This document shows, in pieces, positions 14,634 to 27,391 of a DNA stretch of 64,000 nt; position 1 is the stretch's first letter, and the number at the start of each line of letters is the position of its first letter. The notes beneath the pieces were generated by a model. That model was not told the DNA's origin. It saw only the letters and a list, made by a program, of their open reading frames with translations, and made no database searches. The DNA is taken from the NCBI RefSeq assembly GCF_009914755.1, contig NC_060927.1, one strand, 5' to 3'. The DNA is from the human T2T-CHM13v2.0 reference genome, Homo sapiens. Both the position numbers and the translations under genes were made by a program.

Positions 14634-14937
14634 TTTTCTTTGTTTGTTAGTTTGAGACAGGTTCTAGCTCTGTCGTCCAGGCTGAAGTGCAGAGGTATGA
14701 TCTCGGTTCACTGCAATCTCCATTTCCTGGGCTCAAGTGGTCCTCCCAACTTAGGTTCCCAAGTAGCGGGGACTACAGGTGCACACCACCATGCCTCCCT
14801 AATTTTTTTTTTTTGTAGTAGAGACGGGGTTTTGCTATGTCACCCAGGCTGGTCTTGAACTCCTGGACTGAAGTGATCTGCACGCCTTGGCCTCCCAAAG
14901 TGCTAGGATAATCGGCATGAACCACCGCACCTGGCTG
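14634..14937 (-). mobile_element. Alu (AluJ-like)
   Basis: TSD ATCCTGCATTCTT at 14621-14633 and 14938-14950. Confidence 0.95.
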
Positions 14938-15018
14938 ATCCTGCATTCTTCACCACAGCAAACAAATGCATTCATGTTTCTGAAAGTTGTAAAGGCTTTA
15001 TAATAGAATAGAATAGAA

Positions 15019-15303
15019 TGGCTGGGCAGGGTGGCCCACGCCTGTAATCTCAGCACTTTGGGAAGCTGAGGCAGGCTGATCACTTGAGGCCAGGAGTTTG
15101 AGACCAGCCTGGCCAACTTGGCAAAACCCCATCTCTACCAAAAAATACAAAAATTAGCCAGGTGTGGTGGTGTACACCTGTAGTCCCAGCTAATCAAGAG
15201 GCTGAGACAGGAGAATCACTTGAGCCCAGGAGGCAGAGGTTGCAGTGAGCCAAGAGCAAGCCACTATACTCCAGCCTGGGCGACAGAGTGAGACATTGTC
15301 TCA

Positions 15304-15312
<9 letters not shown>
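15019..15312 (+). mobile_element. Alu (AluS-like)
   Basis: Full dimer; AATAGAAT on both flanks. Confidence 0.96.

Positions 15313-15361
<49 letters not shown>
15312..15361. repeat. (TA)n(TG)n compound microsatellite in Alu tail
   Basis: Direct reading. Confidence 0.95.
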
Positions 15362-15368
<7 letters not shown>

Positions 15369-15669
15369 AATGAACTTTATAGACAAGCAGGCACACTTTA
15401 GAATCTTCTACTCATCTTTTATTCCTTTCTGGGTACTGAAAAGCATAGTAATTCTAATTCCCAGTCACCTGCATGAAGACTTTGATTTCAGTCAAGCTCA
15501 GTGGGCAGCCAATGTTGACATTACACAAAACATGTACTGTATCATTACGTAAGACATGAACTGTACTTTTTGAGTGATTCACGGGATTTGTCAGGGGTAA
15601 TTTTGACTCTGGATGAAACCTTTTACTTTGTCTTTTGAACTTCTTACTAAAGTTTGATGATGATGTGGT

Positions 15670-15984
15670 TTTGGTTCTTTTGTTTTTTGTTTTTGTTTTT
15701 TGAGACAAGGTCTTGTTCTGTCACCCAGGCTGGAGTGCAGCGGCACAATGACAGCCCACTGCAGCCTTAATCTCTCAGGCTCAAGCGATCCTCCCACTTC
15801 AGCCTCCTAAGTAGCTGGGACCATAGGTGTGCACTACCATGCCTGGCTCATTTTTAATTTTTTTGTGGAGATAGAGTTTTCCCAGTGTTGCCGAGGCTGG
15901 TCTCAAACTCCTAAGCTCAAGCAGTCCTGCTACCTCGGTGTCCCAAAGTGCTGGGATTACAGGCTTGAGCCACTGCACCAGGCC
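15670..15984 (-). mobile_element. Alu (AluJ-like)
   Basis: Reverse dimer with (TTTTTG)n tail. Confidence 0.95.
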
Positions 15985-16116
15985 TGTTTTTGTTTTTTAA
16001 AATGTCTTAAAGTTGGGTATTTTCAAGCCTGCCTTTAGAAGTGGAACCTGTTTTGCAAATAAAATCTTACTTCAAATCTCAATGTATAAAACAGATTTTT
16101 AAAAAGAGCTTTTTTG

Positions 16117-16500
<384 letters not shown>

Positions 16501-16749
16501 TCATCCAGAACACACTTTGGGAAGACACTGAAACACTGTAGAATGTGGGCATGTTGGCCTCTGCTATTTGATGTGAGTTTTATTATCTAGAGGAAAATTG
16601 CAACATTATATCCTTTGGGTAATCTCCAGTATTTATGGGCTCAAATCAGTGTTGATGGTGTATTCTTTTGTTCACTTATTCAACAAAAACAAAAACGATG
16701 TTGGAGGTCAAAGGATCAGTGAGTCTCTTCCATAAGAGTTCTTGGTTTC

Positions 16750-17060
16750 TCTTTATCCATCCATCTCATATTTATTGAGTACCTCCTATGTGCCATACCT
16801 TATTTTAGGTATTTGGAAAAGTGACAAAACCAACAAATAATATCAGCCTTTATGGAGCTTGTATTTTAGTGGGGGGAAACAGACTAACATGATAGAAGGT
16901 GACACGTGTCAGTAAAAAGGAAAGAAGAATCATGGAAATCAGGAATTGGGTGGGAGTTGGGTGGATTGCCACCTATCTTAAATAGACCTCATTGGAAGAA
17001 GTTAATATTTGAGCAGAAATGTGAAGGAGGTAAAGTTAAAAGTTAGGAGCAGAGGGAACA
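16750..17060 (-). mobile_element. L2 3' end
   Basis: CATATTTATTGAGTACCTCCTATGTGCCA...ATGGAGCTTGTATTTTAGTGGGGG...ATATTTGAGCAGA. Confidence 0.8.
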
Positions 17061-17914
17061 TACTACTCACTCTCATGCGTGGTTTCATTTGAACCTTACA
17101 ACAACGCTGTTAGAGCGTTGCTGTCAACCTTCAGCCAACACTGACGTTGTCCAGGATGAAGTGATTAGGAAACAGTGGTGGAATTCCCAGCCTGTGGGTG
17201 GCTTTATGCAAGATGCAGCTGGCTAATTGGACAAATGTATCTATGTGACTGTGTTAATGGAAGCCTTCTTGGGCTTCTGTTCAGGCCTTCCTAGCTTTTT
17301 TTTTTTAAATTTTTAATTTCTGTGGGTACTTCTAGCCTTTTGGCTGGCTGTCTTAGTCAATAGGGTTGAGACTGTACCTGTCTTGCTCACTTGGGTTTCC
17401 ACAGTGTCTCGTTCATAGCTTACATGTGTTGATTAAACAAGAAGGAAAAAATATGCCACCTGCCCCCTTGTAATTAAAAGAGAAGTTCAAACATCCAACC
17501 CAGTGTACACAATCCAGAGGGAAATGAAATCAGCATCCTCACGGTGGGACCAGTCAAGTGTCCAGCTACCTCACACACGTGGGCTTCTAATTTTCTCTGT
17601 GGGTCACACTAAATAGTCCATTGTTCATCAAGGAGAGAGGAAATTGATTTCAAATTACGCCTGTATTGGTTAAAAACTGAACTGCCATGAATGCTTTATG
17701 GGATCAGGGAGAAGATAGGCCCAGGGTTTTAGCTGCAGTAAAACCTGCTTAATTAACCAGACACTGTCTATTACTATCTTGACAGTCAGCAGGACCCCCT
17801 CTTCGGCACAGGGGCTTAGTTTTGCAGCCCATGCTTGCAGGGCCAGGCTTGGTTTAGACCTATAAGGGTGGAGGGTTTGGGCTTCTCATCTGTTGTCTAC
17901 TTCCTTCCCTGGGT

Positions 17915-18313
17915 CACTGCTTGTGCCGGCTGGTGAGAACTGATTGTTACATTTTCAGGAATTTTGAGAGCCAATTATTAAACACAGTCTTTTAAAACAT
18001 AGACTTATGTAAACTTACAATTAAATTACATTTAAGAAGTGACAAATATCTCAAGCTCAACACTTCCTAATGATTTTCCTGCATTTTACTCTGATCTGTG
18101 CTCCGGAGGTTGTATCTGTGGTGTGTGTGGTAGTATTACTGTATAATGGTTTGCTACTGCACATCTTTCCTCCTTCACATTTAGTGATGTTACTTCATTT
18201 TGGTGCTTTGAAATGGGTCATCATGGGAATATTTATACCATGGAAATCAGCAAACACTATAAATCAGCCACCCTGCTGGAACTGGATGGTAAGTGTTTAC
18301 CAAACCACCACTG
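17915..18313. mobile_element. MER63B-like hAT-Blackjack relic
   Basis: GGGAATATTTATACCATGGAAATCAGCAAACACTATAAATCAG...GTTTACCAAACCACCACTG terminus. Confidence 0.75.
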
Positions 18314-18346
18314 ACTTGGGGCATCCTCTGAGTTCCTTAGGGCTAC

Positions 18347-18713
18347 TGATAAAGTTTGGATGTTTGTCCCTACCCAACACTCATGTTGAATTGTAATTCA
18401 GCATGCTGGAGGTGGGGCCTGGTGGGAGGAGTTTGGATAATAGGGGCGGAGCCTTTGTGGTTTGGTGCTGTCTATGCCATAGTGAGTTCCTATGAGATCT
18501 GGTCATTTAAAATTGTGTGGCATCCCTCACCTACCCCCACTTGCTTCTGCTTTGCCTTCTGCCATGATTGAAAGCTCCTTGAGGCTTCACCGGAAGCCAA
18601 GTAGATGCCAGCACTGTGCTTCCAGTATAGCCTGAAAAACTGTGAGCTCTTTTCTTTATAAATTACCCAGTCTCAGGTATTTCTTTATAGCAATGCAATC
18701 ATGGCCTAATATA
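18347..18713 (+). mobile_element. MSTB-like MaLR solo LTR
   Basis: TGAT...GTTTGGATGTTTGTCCC start; AATTACCCAGTCTCAGGTATTTCTTTATAGCAATGC end; 5-bp TSD GCTAC at 18342-18346 and 18714-18718. Confidence 0.92.
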
Positions 18714-19147
18714 GCTACCATTACAAAATGCTACAAACTGGTGAGTTAAAAAAGAAGGAAATTTATTGCCTCACAGTTGTGGAGTTCAGATGGTCCAAAA
18801 TCAAGGTGTTGGCAAGGTTGCTTTCATTTTGGAGGCTCTGAGGGAGAATCTGTCCCTTGCCACTTTGTAGCTTCTGGTCCTTGCTGGCAATCCTTGGCAT
18901 TCCTTGCCTTGCAGATGTGGCTCCAATCTCTGCCTCCATCTTCACATGGCACTCTACCTGTGTCTGTGTTTTCACATGCTCATCCTACCATCAGTGTCTC
19001 TCTCCCCTTACTATAAGGACACCAGTCATATTGGATTAAGGGCTCATTCTACTCCAATATGACTTCACCTTAACCAGTTATATCCACAGTGACCCTATTT
19101 CCAAATCATGTCACATTCTGAGGTACTGGGCATTAGAACTTTAGCAT

Positions 19148-19493
<346 letters not shown>

Positions 19494-19649
19494 TTAACAT
19501 ATCTTGTTCTTTGATGGTGACGGGAGGTTGTAATAATTCAACTTTTAACTTCTGCCAGTGGTTTTAAGTTGCCTATTGTGACATCTGGCCTGTAGGAGCC
19601 CAGCTCAGATCATACAAATAAACATTAAAGGCCCATATGTCTAAGAACT

Positions 19650-19840
19650 TTAGTGGCTTACTATGCATCAGGTATTATTCTTTGTCACATCAGTTCTCCT
19701 TTAACCCTCTCAACCAGCCTGTAATGTAAGTACCATTTTTTCCATTTACCAAATAAGGAATTTGGTAAACTGAGTAAGCTGGAATAATTGTCCTGGCTAA
19801 CAAGTAGCATACTTGGTAGTTGAACGCAGGTCTGTGACCT
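19650..19840 (-). mobile_element. MIR
   Basis: GCTTACTATGCATCAGG...TTTAACCCTCTCAAC...TTGAACGCAGGTCTGTGAC. Confidence 0.65.
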
Positions 19841-20014
19841 TTTGTATTGTAACACTGCCATTCATCAGCTTGCTTGCCATGAGTTTTTTTTTCCCCCTAG
19901 AACCCTATTAGCTGTGCCACGGCCACATGGAGGGTTCATTGTGGCAAAGTAGGAGAGAAGGAGTATCTGTTTTTCAATAAAACTCCTTGTAGATTCAGGG
20001 TCCAGGCAGGGTGC

Positions 20015-20180
20015 CCTGATATATATTACCTGATTTGATCTTCATGACAACTTTACAAGTCACTCGGTCTGCTAGATGAGAAAATGGAACTGGAGGGGAA
20101 TAAAATGAACTTTGTACACAGAGCTGGTAAAGGGGACAACTGACGAGGTAGCCCAGGTCTCTTCGGACCTAAAGGCCTTT
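20015..20180 (-). mobile_element. MIR (degenerate)
   Basis: ATTTGATCTTCATGACAAC...AGATGAGAAAATGGA...CCCAGGTCTC. Confidence 0.55.
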
Positions 20181-20389
20181 CTTGTTGGATCATGCCACAC
20201 TCTGTCCTTCAGCACATCCAACATCTGATAAACTGGCATCTCCCATTCGCTATCCTTCTCTTTGCTGGAGGATTTAGTCACGCGTCTGTTTATTTTCTCA
20301 TTCAGTTAGTTAAGTACTGAGAGAACCCTAACGATGTGCTGAGGACTGTGTTAGGGGTGGGTTGTGACTTGTAAATAAACATTTATTTT

Positions 20390-20699
<310 letters not shown>

Positions 20700-20701
20700 A
20701 A

Positions 20702-21015
20702 TTTTTTTATTTTTATTTTTTTTTATTTTTAGAAAGAGTCTTGCTCCGTCACCTAGACTGAAGTGCAGTGCTGTGATCATAGCTTACTGCTGCCTTGAAC
20801 TCCTGGCCTCAAGTGATTCTTTCACCTCTGCCTCCCAAGTAGCTGGGACTACGGGCACACACCACCATGCTTGGCTAAGTTTTCTAGTTTTATGTTTGTA
20901 GAGATGGTGTCTTGCTACGTTGCCCAGGCTGGTCTTGAACTCCTGGCCTTAAGCAATCCTCCTGCCTCACTTCTCAAAGCAGTGGGACTACAGATGTGAG
21001 TCACCACACCCAGCC
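20702..21015 (-). mobile_element. Alu (AluJ-like)
   Basis: Reverse dimer; TSD TGACTTGT(A/G)AATAAA(C/T)AT at 20365-20382 and 21016-21033. Confidence 0.94.
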
Positions 21016-21160
21016 TGACTTGTGAATAAATATGAACAGCTTGGCTGCCAGAACTAGAAGGCTTTGGCATCTCCCACTGCCATGCTGCCTTAAAAGGGCA
21101 TGAGGTCCCACCTCTGTCTTTTCCATTTTCCTGGTTGGTGGCACCCCTCACCCCATGTGG

Positions 21161-21680
21161 TGTATCCATTTTCTATTGCTGTATAACAAATTACCATAAA
21201 CTCAGCAATCTAAAACAACACACATTTATTATCTTGCGGTTTCCATGGGTCATGAGTCTGGGCATTAGCTGGGTCCTCTGCTCAGGCTGAAATTAGGGTG
21301 CCAGCCAGGGCTGTGATCTCATCGGAGGCTCATTCTCTCCCAGGCTTGCTGGTTGTTAGCAGAACGTAGCGCTTCATGTTTGTAGGACTGAGGCCTCAGC
21401 TCCTGAAGGATGCCTGCCTTTGCCTGCGACGTGGCTGTCTCCACAATGTGGATGTTTGCTTCTCCAAGGCCAACAAGGTGGTGGGGGTGCGGGGTGTCAG
21501 GGTGTCTCTGCTATTTGTAGTCTCTTTTAAAAGACTCACCTGATTAGGTCAGGCCCACTTAGAATAAATTCTCTTCATTAAATTAAAGTCAGCTGATCAG
21601 GGCCATTGATATACATCTGCAATATCCCTAACTCCTGCGGAGCTATATACAGAGCTTATTTCTAAGGAGAGAAGTTCTTC
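21161..21680 (-). mobile_element. MLT1D/E-like MaLR LTR
   Basis: TTTTCTATTGCTGTATAACAAATTACCATAAACT...AGCTGGGTCCTCTGCTCAGG...CACCTGATTAGGTCAGGCCCAC. Confidence 0.8.
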
Positions 21681-21689
21681 TGGTGTCCC

Positions 21690-22046
21690 AATGTCAGTCC
21701 ATGTATGTTGTTATAACAAAATATCTGCAACCAGGTAACTTACAAAGAAGAGAAATTAATTTTCTTACACTTCTGGAGGCTGGGAAGCCCAGGATCAAGG
21801 CACTGGAGGCATTCCTTGTCTGGCAAGGGCTACATCCTCCAGAGGGGAGGAACACTGCCCTCAACATGGTGGAAGGAAGAAAGGCAGCTTTCCTGGAGGC
21901 GCTGTGGGTCCTCTTTTATAAGGGCCTTAATTTTATTCACCAGGGAGGAGCCCTCAGGGCCTCATCACCTCTTAAGGGCCCTAACTATTATTACTATCAC
22001 ATTGGCAACACCTGGATTTTGGAGGGCAGGCACTCTAACCATAGCA
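21690..22046 (-). mobile_element. MSTC-like MaLR LTR
   Basis: TTCTGGAGGCTGGGAAGCCCAGGATCAAGG...AGAGGGGAGGAACACTG...ATCACCTCTTAAGGGCCC...AACCATAGCA. Confidence 0.8.
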
Positions 22047-22907
22047 CCAGATATCATGCCTTACTCTTAATGATCAAGATTTGGGTCACGTTCAGCTGGA
22101 CCAATAACTGAACAGGCTCAGATGACGTCCCCACCTACGTGATAGAAGTGAGGATGAAAGCCCCCACTTCAGCCTCAGGGAATAGCATTGTCTTAGGAAA
22201 GAGGACTCTCTGCCAAGAGGTGAGAGAAGGAGCTTTGGGCAGGTAAGGATAACACATGCCCACTTTGGAACTTAGAGTGACCAGCACATCCTACACGGAT
22301 CAACTTGGTTATCATTCTAGGGGTCTAGAATTGGTATTCTGTGTACCTCCTTCCTTGACACTGTAGTGGTATGGACAGCCACCTGTGAAATAAAGCTGTG
22401 GGTACAGAGCAGTCCCTGTTAGGTTTTCATTTTGGTGTGAATCCTCTGTCTCCTTGACATGAGTATCCTTTAAATACTTAGAATATTGTCCCGAGAAAAT
22501 GCCATATGAATTCAGAAATCGGATCAAACTGTGTTCTTTGGGATCCATTAAAACTGAAATGCCTGGGGCCAAAACACTTACCAGATGCATCAAACACTAC
22601 TGTCAGTCTGAGACTGTGCTCAGCCACATCGCTACCGCTCTCATTTCATAGGAGTTTTCTTTCCCACAGAAAGGCAGCTCGACAAACTCTTTTAAACCTT
22701 ACTTTTTTTTGGTTTTGGTAGTGGTAGAGGGAAGGTCTGAGCAAAGATAACAGAGTGGCTACAAACTTAATTATTAATCTGACTCTTCTCTCCTGCTTCT
22801 CTTTAGAAGTGACATTCTCTGTGGAGAGGCCAGGAGGGGGAAGTTGTAGCATTCAGGTTTTATCAGTTTGAGGGCCCACTTTCTTCAGTGGGTCTCTGTG
22901 ATGGCTG

Positions 22908-23252
22908 AAACGGGTTGCAAATAAATAAATGCCATGTGGGCTCAGGAAGCTAAAGTGAAAGAGTGAGGTGCAGAGCCACAGCGAGGGGCTGGACTGTGGA
23001 GAACTGGACGCGACTTGCCTCTTCTCCAGGCCTGGCGGGGTTGGGCTTGGGGTGAGGATTACCCTGTTGGAATTTGAGCCAGCATTGTTAGATCATTCTA
23101 ATATTTCCAGAGAAACTAGACATCTTAAACTTTACCTAATTACTTCCAATTTTTATTTTTTTTTAATGAATTCAGCTTTTATTACTGCATGAGGGCTGAA
23201 ATAATTGTCTTTTGGCTAGACTTGTCCTGTGGGTGGCCAGTTTTGATCTCTG
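22908..23252. mobile_element. MER102b-like hAT-Charlie relic
   Basis: GGGTTGCAAA...AAATGCC, GGACTGTGGAGAACTGGA, TTTCCAGAGAAACTAGA, GGCCAGTTTTGATCTCTG. Confidence 0.7.
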
Positions 23253-23373
23253 GTCCGCAACTTGCCAGGGCAGAAGGCTTATCGGGGATGCTGTTTGATG
23301 CCTTGTCAGCATCCATTTCTATCTTCCTTCGTACAGAGCCTCGGTTTTGTACAGATATCTGTCCTCCTCCATA

Positions 23374-23454
23374 AAGCTGAGCAGCTAGGGAGAAGCTGAG
23401 CAGCAAGGGAGAAGCTGAGCCACTAGGGAGAAGCCCAGCAGTTGGGTAGAAGCC
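23374..23454. repeat. 19-bp minisatellite, about 4 copies (AAGCTGAGCAGCTAGGGAG)
   Basis: Units at 23374, 23393, 23412, 23431, progressively diverged. Confidence 0.9.
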
Positions 23455-23860
23455 AGACCCTAGCTCCAGGTTGGCTATATTTGGTTCACAGCCATCATTA
23501 AGGATTGGTTCAGGAGCAACTATGTGATCTCACCACGTGTGTAATGGAATTGGGAGGATGTGTGTGCTGGGCCCTTCCGTGGAGAGCTGCATCTTTCCTT
23601 GAAGCCTGGGAATCTGTATTCTGTTTGCTGTGGGTGCTGCCAGGATGTGCCACCCACAACTGCATGTGGCAGCCATCCTGCTGCCAGCCTGAGGGTACAA
23701 GGTTGAGGAGAGCTGACCTGGAAGGGAAGGGAAGCACCTGGATTCTTGTTCGACTTCTTTGAGCTGCTCAATCAGCTGGCTCTGGAAGCCTGCCTTTCCT
23801 TTGGACTCCCATTTGTGTGAAACAATAAATGTTTTATTGTTTAAGGCAGCATGAGTCGGC
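23455..23860 (+). mobile_element. MLT1K/J-like old MaLR LTR
   Basis: GATTGGTTCAGG, GCAGCCATCCTG, TTTGAGCTGCTCAATCAGC, TGTGAAACAATAAATG...TTGTTTAAGGCAG. Confidence 0.65.
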
Positions 23861-24254
23861 CTGGGAAGCAGACTAGGAGAGGGACCTCAGTCCATTTCTA
23901 GACTTCATGAACTATTGGTGATAAAGGATGCTTTCCCTGATGCCAGGCTAAGCTGCCACTAATTCAGGGCTAGATGATGGAAGGATTTCATCGTCTTTAC
24001 GCTGAGCCCTTGCTATTGTCCCTTTAGGGGATTATCCAAGATAATACTCCATCTGAGGTCTGGGCTCAGTGGGGAAGAGCATAATCACTTACATCTGCCA
24101 TGGGGGCTCAGCATGAGGAGTGGCAGGAGTACCAGTGTTTGCCCTCGATGTGTGAGGTTGGGTCAGCCTGAACATGATACGGAAGCCTTTGGTCTCTAGA
24201 GAGGGTTAGATATAGATTGATACTAAACTATGACCTCTTCCATTTATGAAAATT

Positions 24255-24412
24255 ACTCTTCAGGACGATATACCTTCATCAAGGTATAGGAAGTTATTGG
24301 ACTTCCCTTAGGCTGTGTCCCCTTATCTGTAAAATTGGGCTAACCATCCCTCTATACCTTGCTGTGTGGGTCGAATGAAGTTATGTATGTAAAGTGATGA
24401 GCACAGTGCCTT
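24255..24412 (+). mobile_element. MIR 3' part (copy A of local duplication)
   Basis: CCTTATCTGTAAAATTGGG...GTAAAGTGATGAGCACAGTGCC. Confidence 0.7.
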
Positions 24413-24716
24413 TCTCATTTTAATTTTCATGTTTTCCTGTTCCATTTCTACGTATCATCTTGGCTACCAAGTCAGAAACCTAGAAAGCCTTTTGGGGAAC
24501 TTTATATATGTTGTGCTGTTTGCTGATTTTTCTGGTGGAGTTTTCTGAGAAGGGAGCTTCGCCTTTCAAGGAAGAGCTGAGTTGTATGTGGTATCATCCA
24601 CAGTTTCAGGTTCTTAAGAGTAGTACAAACAGAAAAGGTGGTTCACCAACAACTACAAGCACTCTACATCTCTTATCATTCCAGATGTTTCTTTCTTTTT
24701 TTAAAATAAGAAATAA

Positions 24717-25002
24717 GACTGGGTGTGGTGGCTCATGCCTGTAATCCTTGCACTTTGTGAGGCCGAGTTGGGTGGATTGCTTGAGCCCAAGAGTTTGAGA
24801 CTAGCCTGGGCAATACGGCAAAACCGCCCTCTACACAAAATACCAAAAAAATTAGCTGGGTGTGGTGGCGTGCACCTGTAGTCCTAGCTACTTGGGAGGC
24901 CAAGGTGGGAGGATCACTTGAGTCTAGGAAGCCCAGGTTGCGGTGACTGCACTCTAGCCTGGGCAACAGAGTGAGATCCTATCTCAAAATAAATAAATAA
25001 AA
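24717..25002 (+). mobile_element. Alu (AluJ-like)
   Basis: Dimer with small right-arm deletion and (AAAT)n tail. Confidence 0.94.
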
Positions 25003-25179
25003 TAGCATTGCATTTTGTTTTCTTATTTCTATCAATTTACACAGATTATTCTTTCCAACTTTTTTCCAACAAGTTAACAATTAAAGACAGCCCTTCTATT
25101 AATAATGCAGATAACTTTTGATTATATACAAATTATTTTCACACTTTAAAATGTTTTTATTTGTATCTAGTATGGAGAG

Positions 25180-25420
25180 GCAGTGAGGCATGTGATGTAA
25201 GGAGTATGAACTCCGATACCACACTGCCTGGGTTTGAATCCCAGCATGGCTACCTAGTGGTAAATCACTTAATCTTGTTGTGCCTCAGTTTCCTAATCTG
25301 TAAAATGAGAGCAATTATAGTACAACTTTGTAGGGATGTGAGGATTAACAGTTTAATGCATTTAATACATTTAATGTGCTTGGAATAGTGCCTGGCGCAG
25401 TCTAAGTGCTGTGTGTTCAC
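25180..25420 (+). mobile_element. MIR, near full length
   Basis: CTGCCTGGGTTTGAATCCCAG...TGTGCCTCAGTTTCCTAATCTGTAAAATG...GTGAGGATTAA...AGTGCCTGGC. Confidence 0.9.
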
Positions 25421-25874
25421 TTCTATGCATAGTCAAAAATAACAGTAATAAAATCTGCAGTACTACTACTGGCTCTATCATCAGTCTTTGCTAAGAGATT
25501 TTGCAAGACCCAAATCATTTGGTAGATGTATTGTCATTGTCTCTTAGATTACAAGTGATTTACTGCTGAATATAAAAAAATTGCCCAGGCAGGTAAGCTT
25601 AGGAAAAGGAGCCTCCATGGGGCAAAGATGCTGGGCTATAGCCAGCAGTCTTCGTAGCAGATGGATAAAGAGATTATATCGTATGTTTGCCTACATAGAT
25701 TTGGCTGTACTTAGGGTGATAGTAAGAACAGGAACTGAATGTTACTTAAGAGCTCAACACTAATGCATATGCAGCATTTAATAAGACAAATATTCCTCTG
25801 TTAAGTGACCATTCCTTTCACAGGTAGGTAGTTATTTTCGTTTCACTCACTTGAGTATTACTTATTCTCTCATT

Positions 25875-25960
25875 GCCTTCCTGCCTCCCTGCCTCCCTCC
25901 CTCCCTCCCTCCCTCCCTACCTCCCTCCCTCTCTCTCTCCATCTCTCTTTCTCTATCTCT
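25875..25960. repeat. (CCCT)n/(CT)n polypyrimidine tract at the Alu tail
   Basis: CCTCCCTCCCTCCCTCCCTCCC...CTCTCTCTCC. Confidence 0.92.
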
Positions 25961-26246
25961 CTCTTTGTTTTTCTTTCTTTCTTCTCCTGTTGCCCAGGCT
26001 GGAGTGCAATTGCACTATCTTGGCTCACTGCACTGTCTACCTTCTGGGTTCAAGTGATTCTCCTGCCTCAGCCTCCCAAGTAGCTGTCACTACATGTGTG
26101 TGCCACCATACCCAGCTCATTTTAAAACTATTTTTAGTAGAGATGGAGCTTTGCCATGTTGGCCAGGCTGGTCCTGAACGCAAGTGATCCTCCTCTCTTG
26201 GCCTCCCAAAGTGCTGGGATTACAGGCATGAGCCACCGAGTCCGGT
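25961..26246 (-). mobile_element. Alu (AluS-like)
   Basis: Reverse dimer, CTGTTGCCCAGGCTGGAGTGCA to GAGCCACCGAGTCCGG. Confidence 0.93.
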
Positions 26247-26309
26247 GTATTCTTTCTTTTTCTAAACGGCAAAAGCAAGTTTTTGAACAGAGATCCTAAT
26301 CATCCTGTA

Positions 26310-26515
26310 ATAGTTTAAAAGTATGAGACTTAGAGCCAGTAAAACGTGGGCTTGAGCTCTGAAGGTATCATATACCGCTGTGACTTTATCAGAATGTTAT
26401 TCAGCTTCTTGTGGGTTCAGTCTCCTTACCTGGAATAAGGTGAATAACCATCCCTCAGAACCTTGCTGTGTGGATCAAATGGAAAGATGTACACAAAGTG
26501 ACAAGCACAGTGCCT
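26310..26515 (+). mobile_element. MIR (copy B of local duplication)
   Basis: TAGTTTAAAAGTATGAGACTTAGAGCCAG...GCTGTGACTT...AAAGTGACAAGCACAGTGCC. Confidence 0.7.
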
Positions 26516-26773
26516 TTCTCATCATTTTAATTTTCATTTTTTTCCCACTCAATGTTAACTACCATCTTGACTGGTAAGTAAAAAAAACTTGAATGCTTTT
26601 TTGGGGACTTTATGTATGTTGTGCCATTTACTGATTTTTCTAGTAGACTTTTTGGAGAAGGGAGCCTGTTTAGAAGGAAAAGAGCGATTTTTCTTGCATT
26701 AGTAAGTACATTTTTCTAGTGGGCCTTCAGTTTATTTGGAGCTGCTTTCCCCAAATTTGTGGGTCAATTAAGG

Positions 26774-27391
<618 letters not shown>

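Noticed and set aside
21683-22111. 142-aa ORF
   Set aside because: Lies almost entirely in an MST-family LTR; non-ATG start
22312-22593. 93-aa minus-strand ORF, considered as a processed pseudogene
   Set aside because: No protein family recognised and no retrocopy hallmarks
23374-23454. Regularly spaced repeats as a CRISPR-like array
   Set aside because: Units are head-to-tail with no unique spacers, and the DNA is primate
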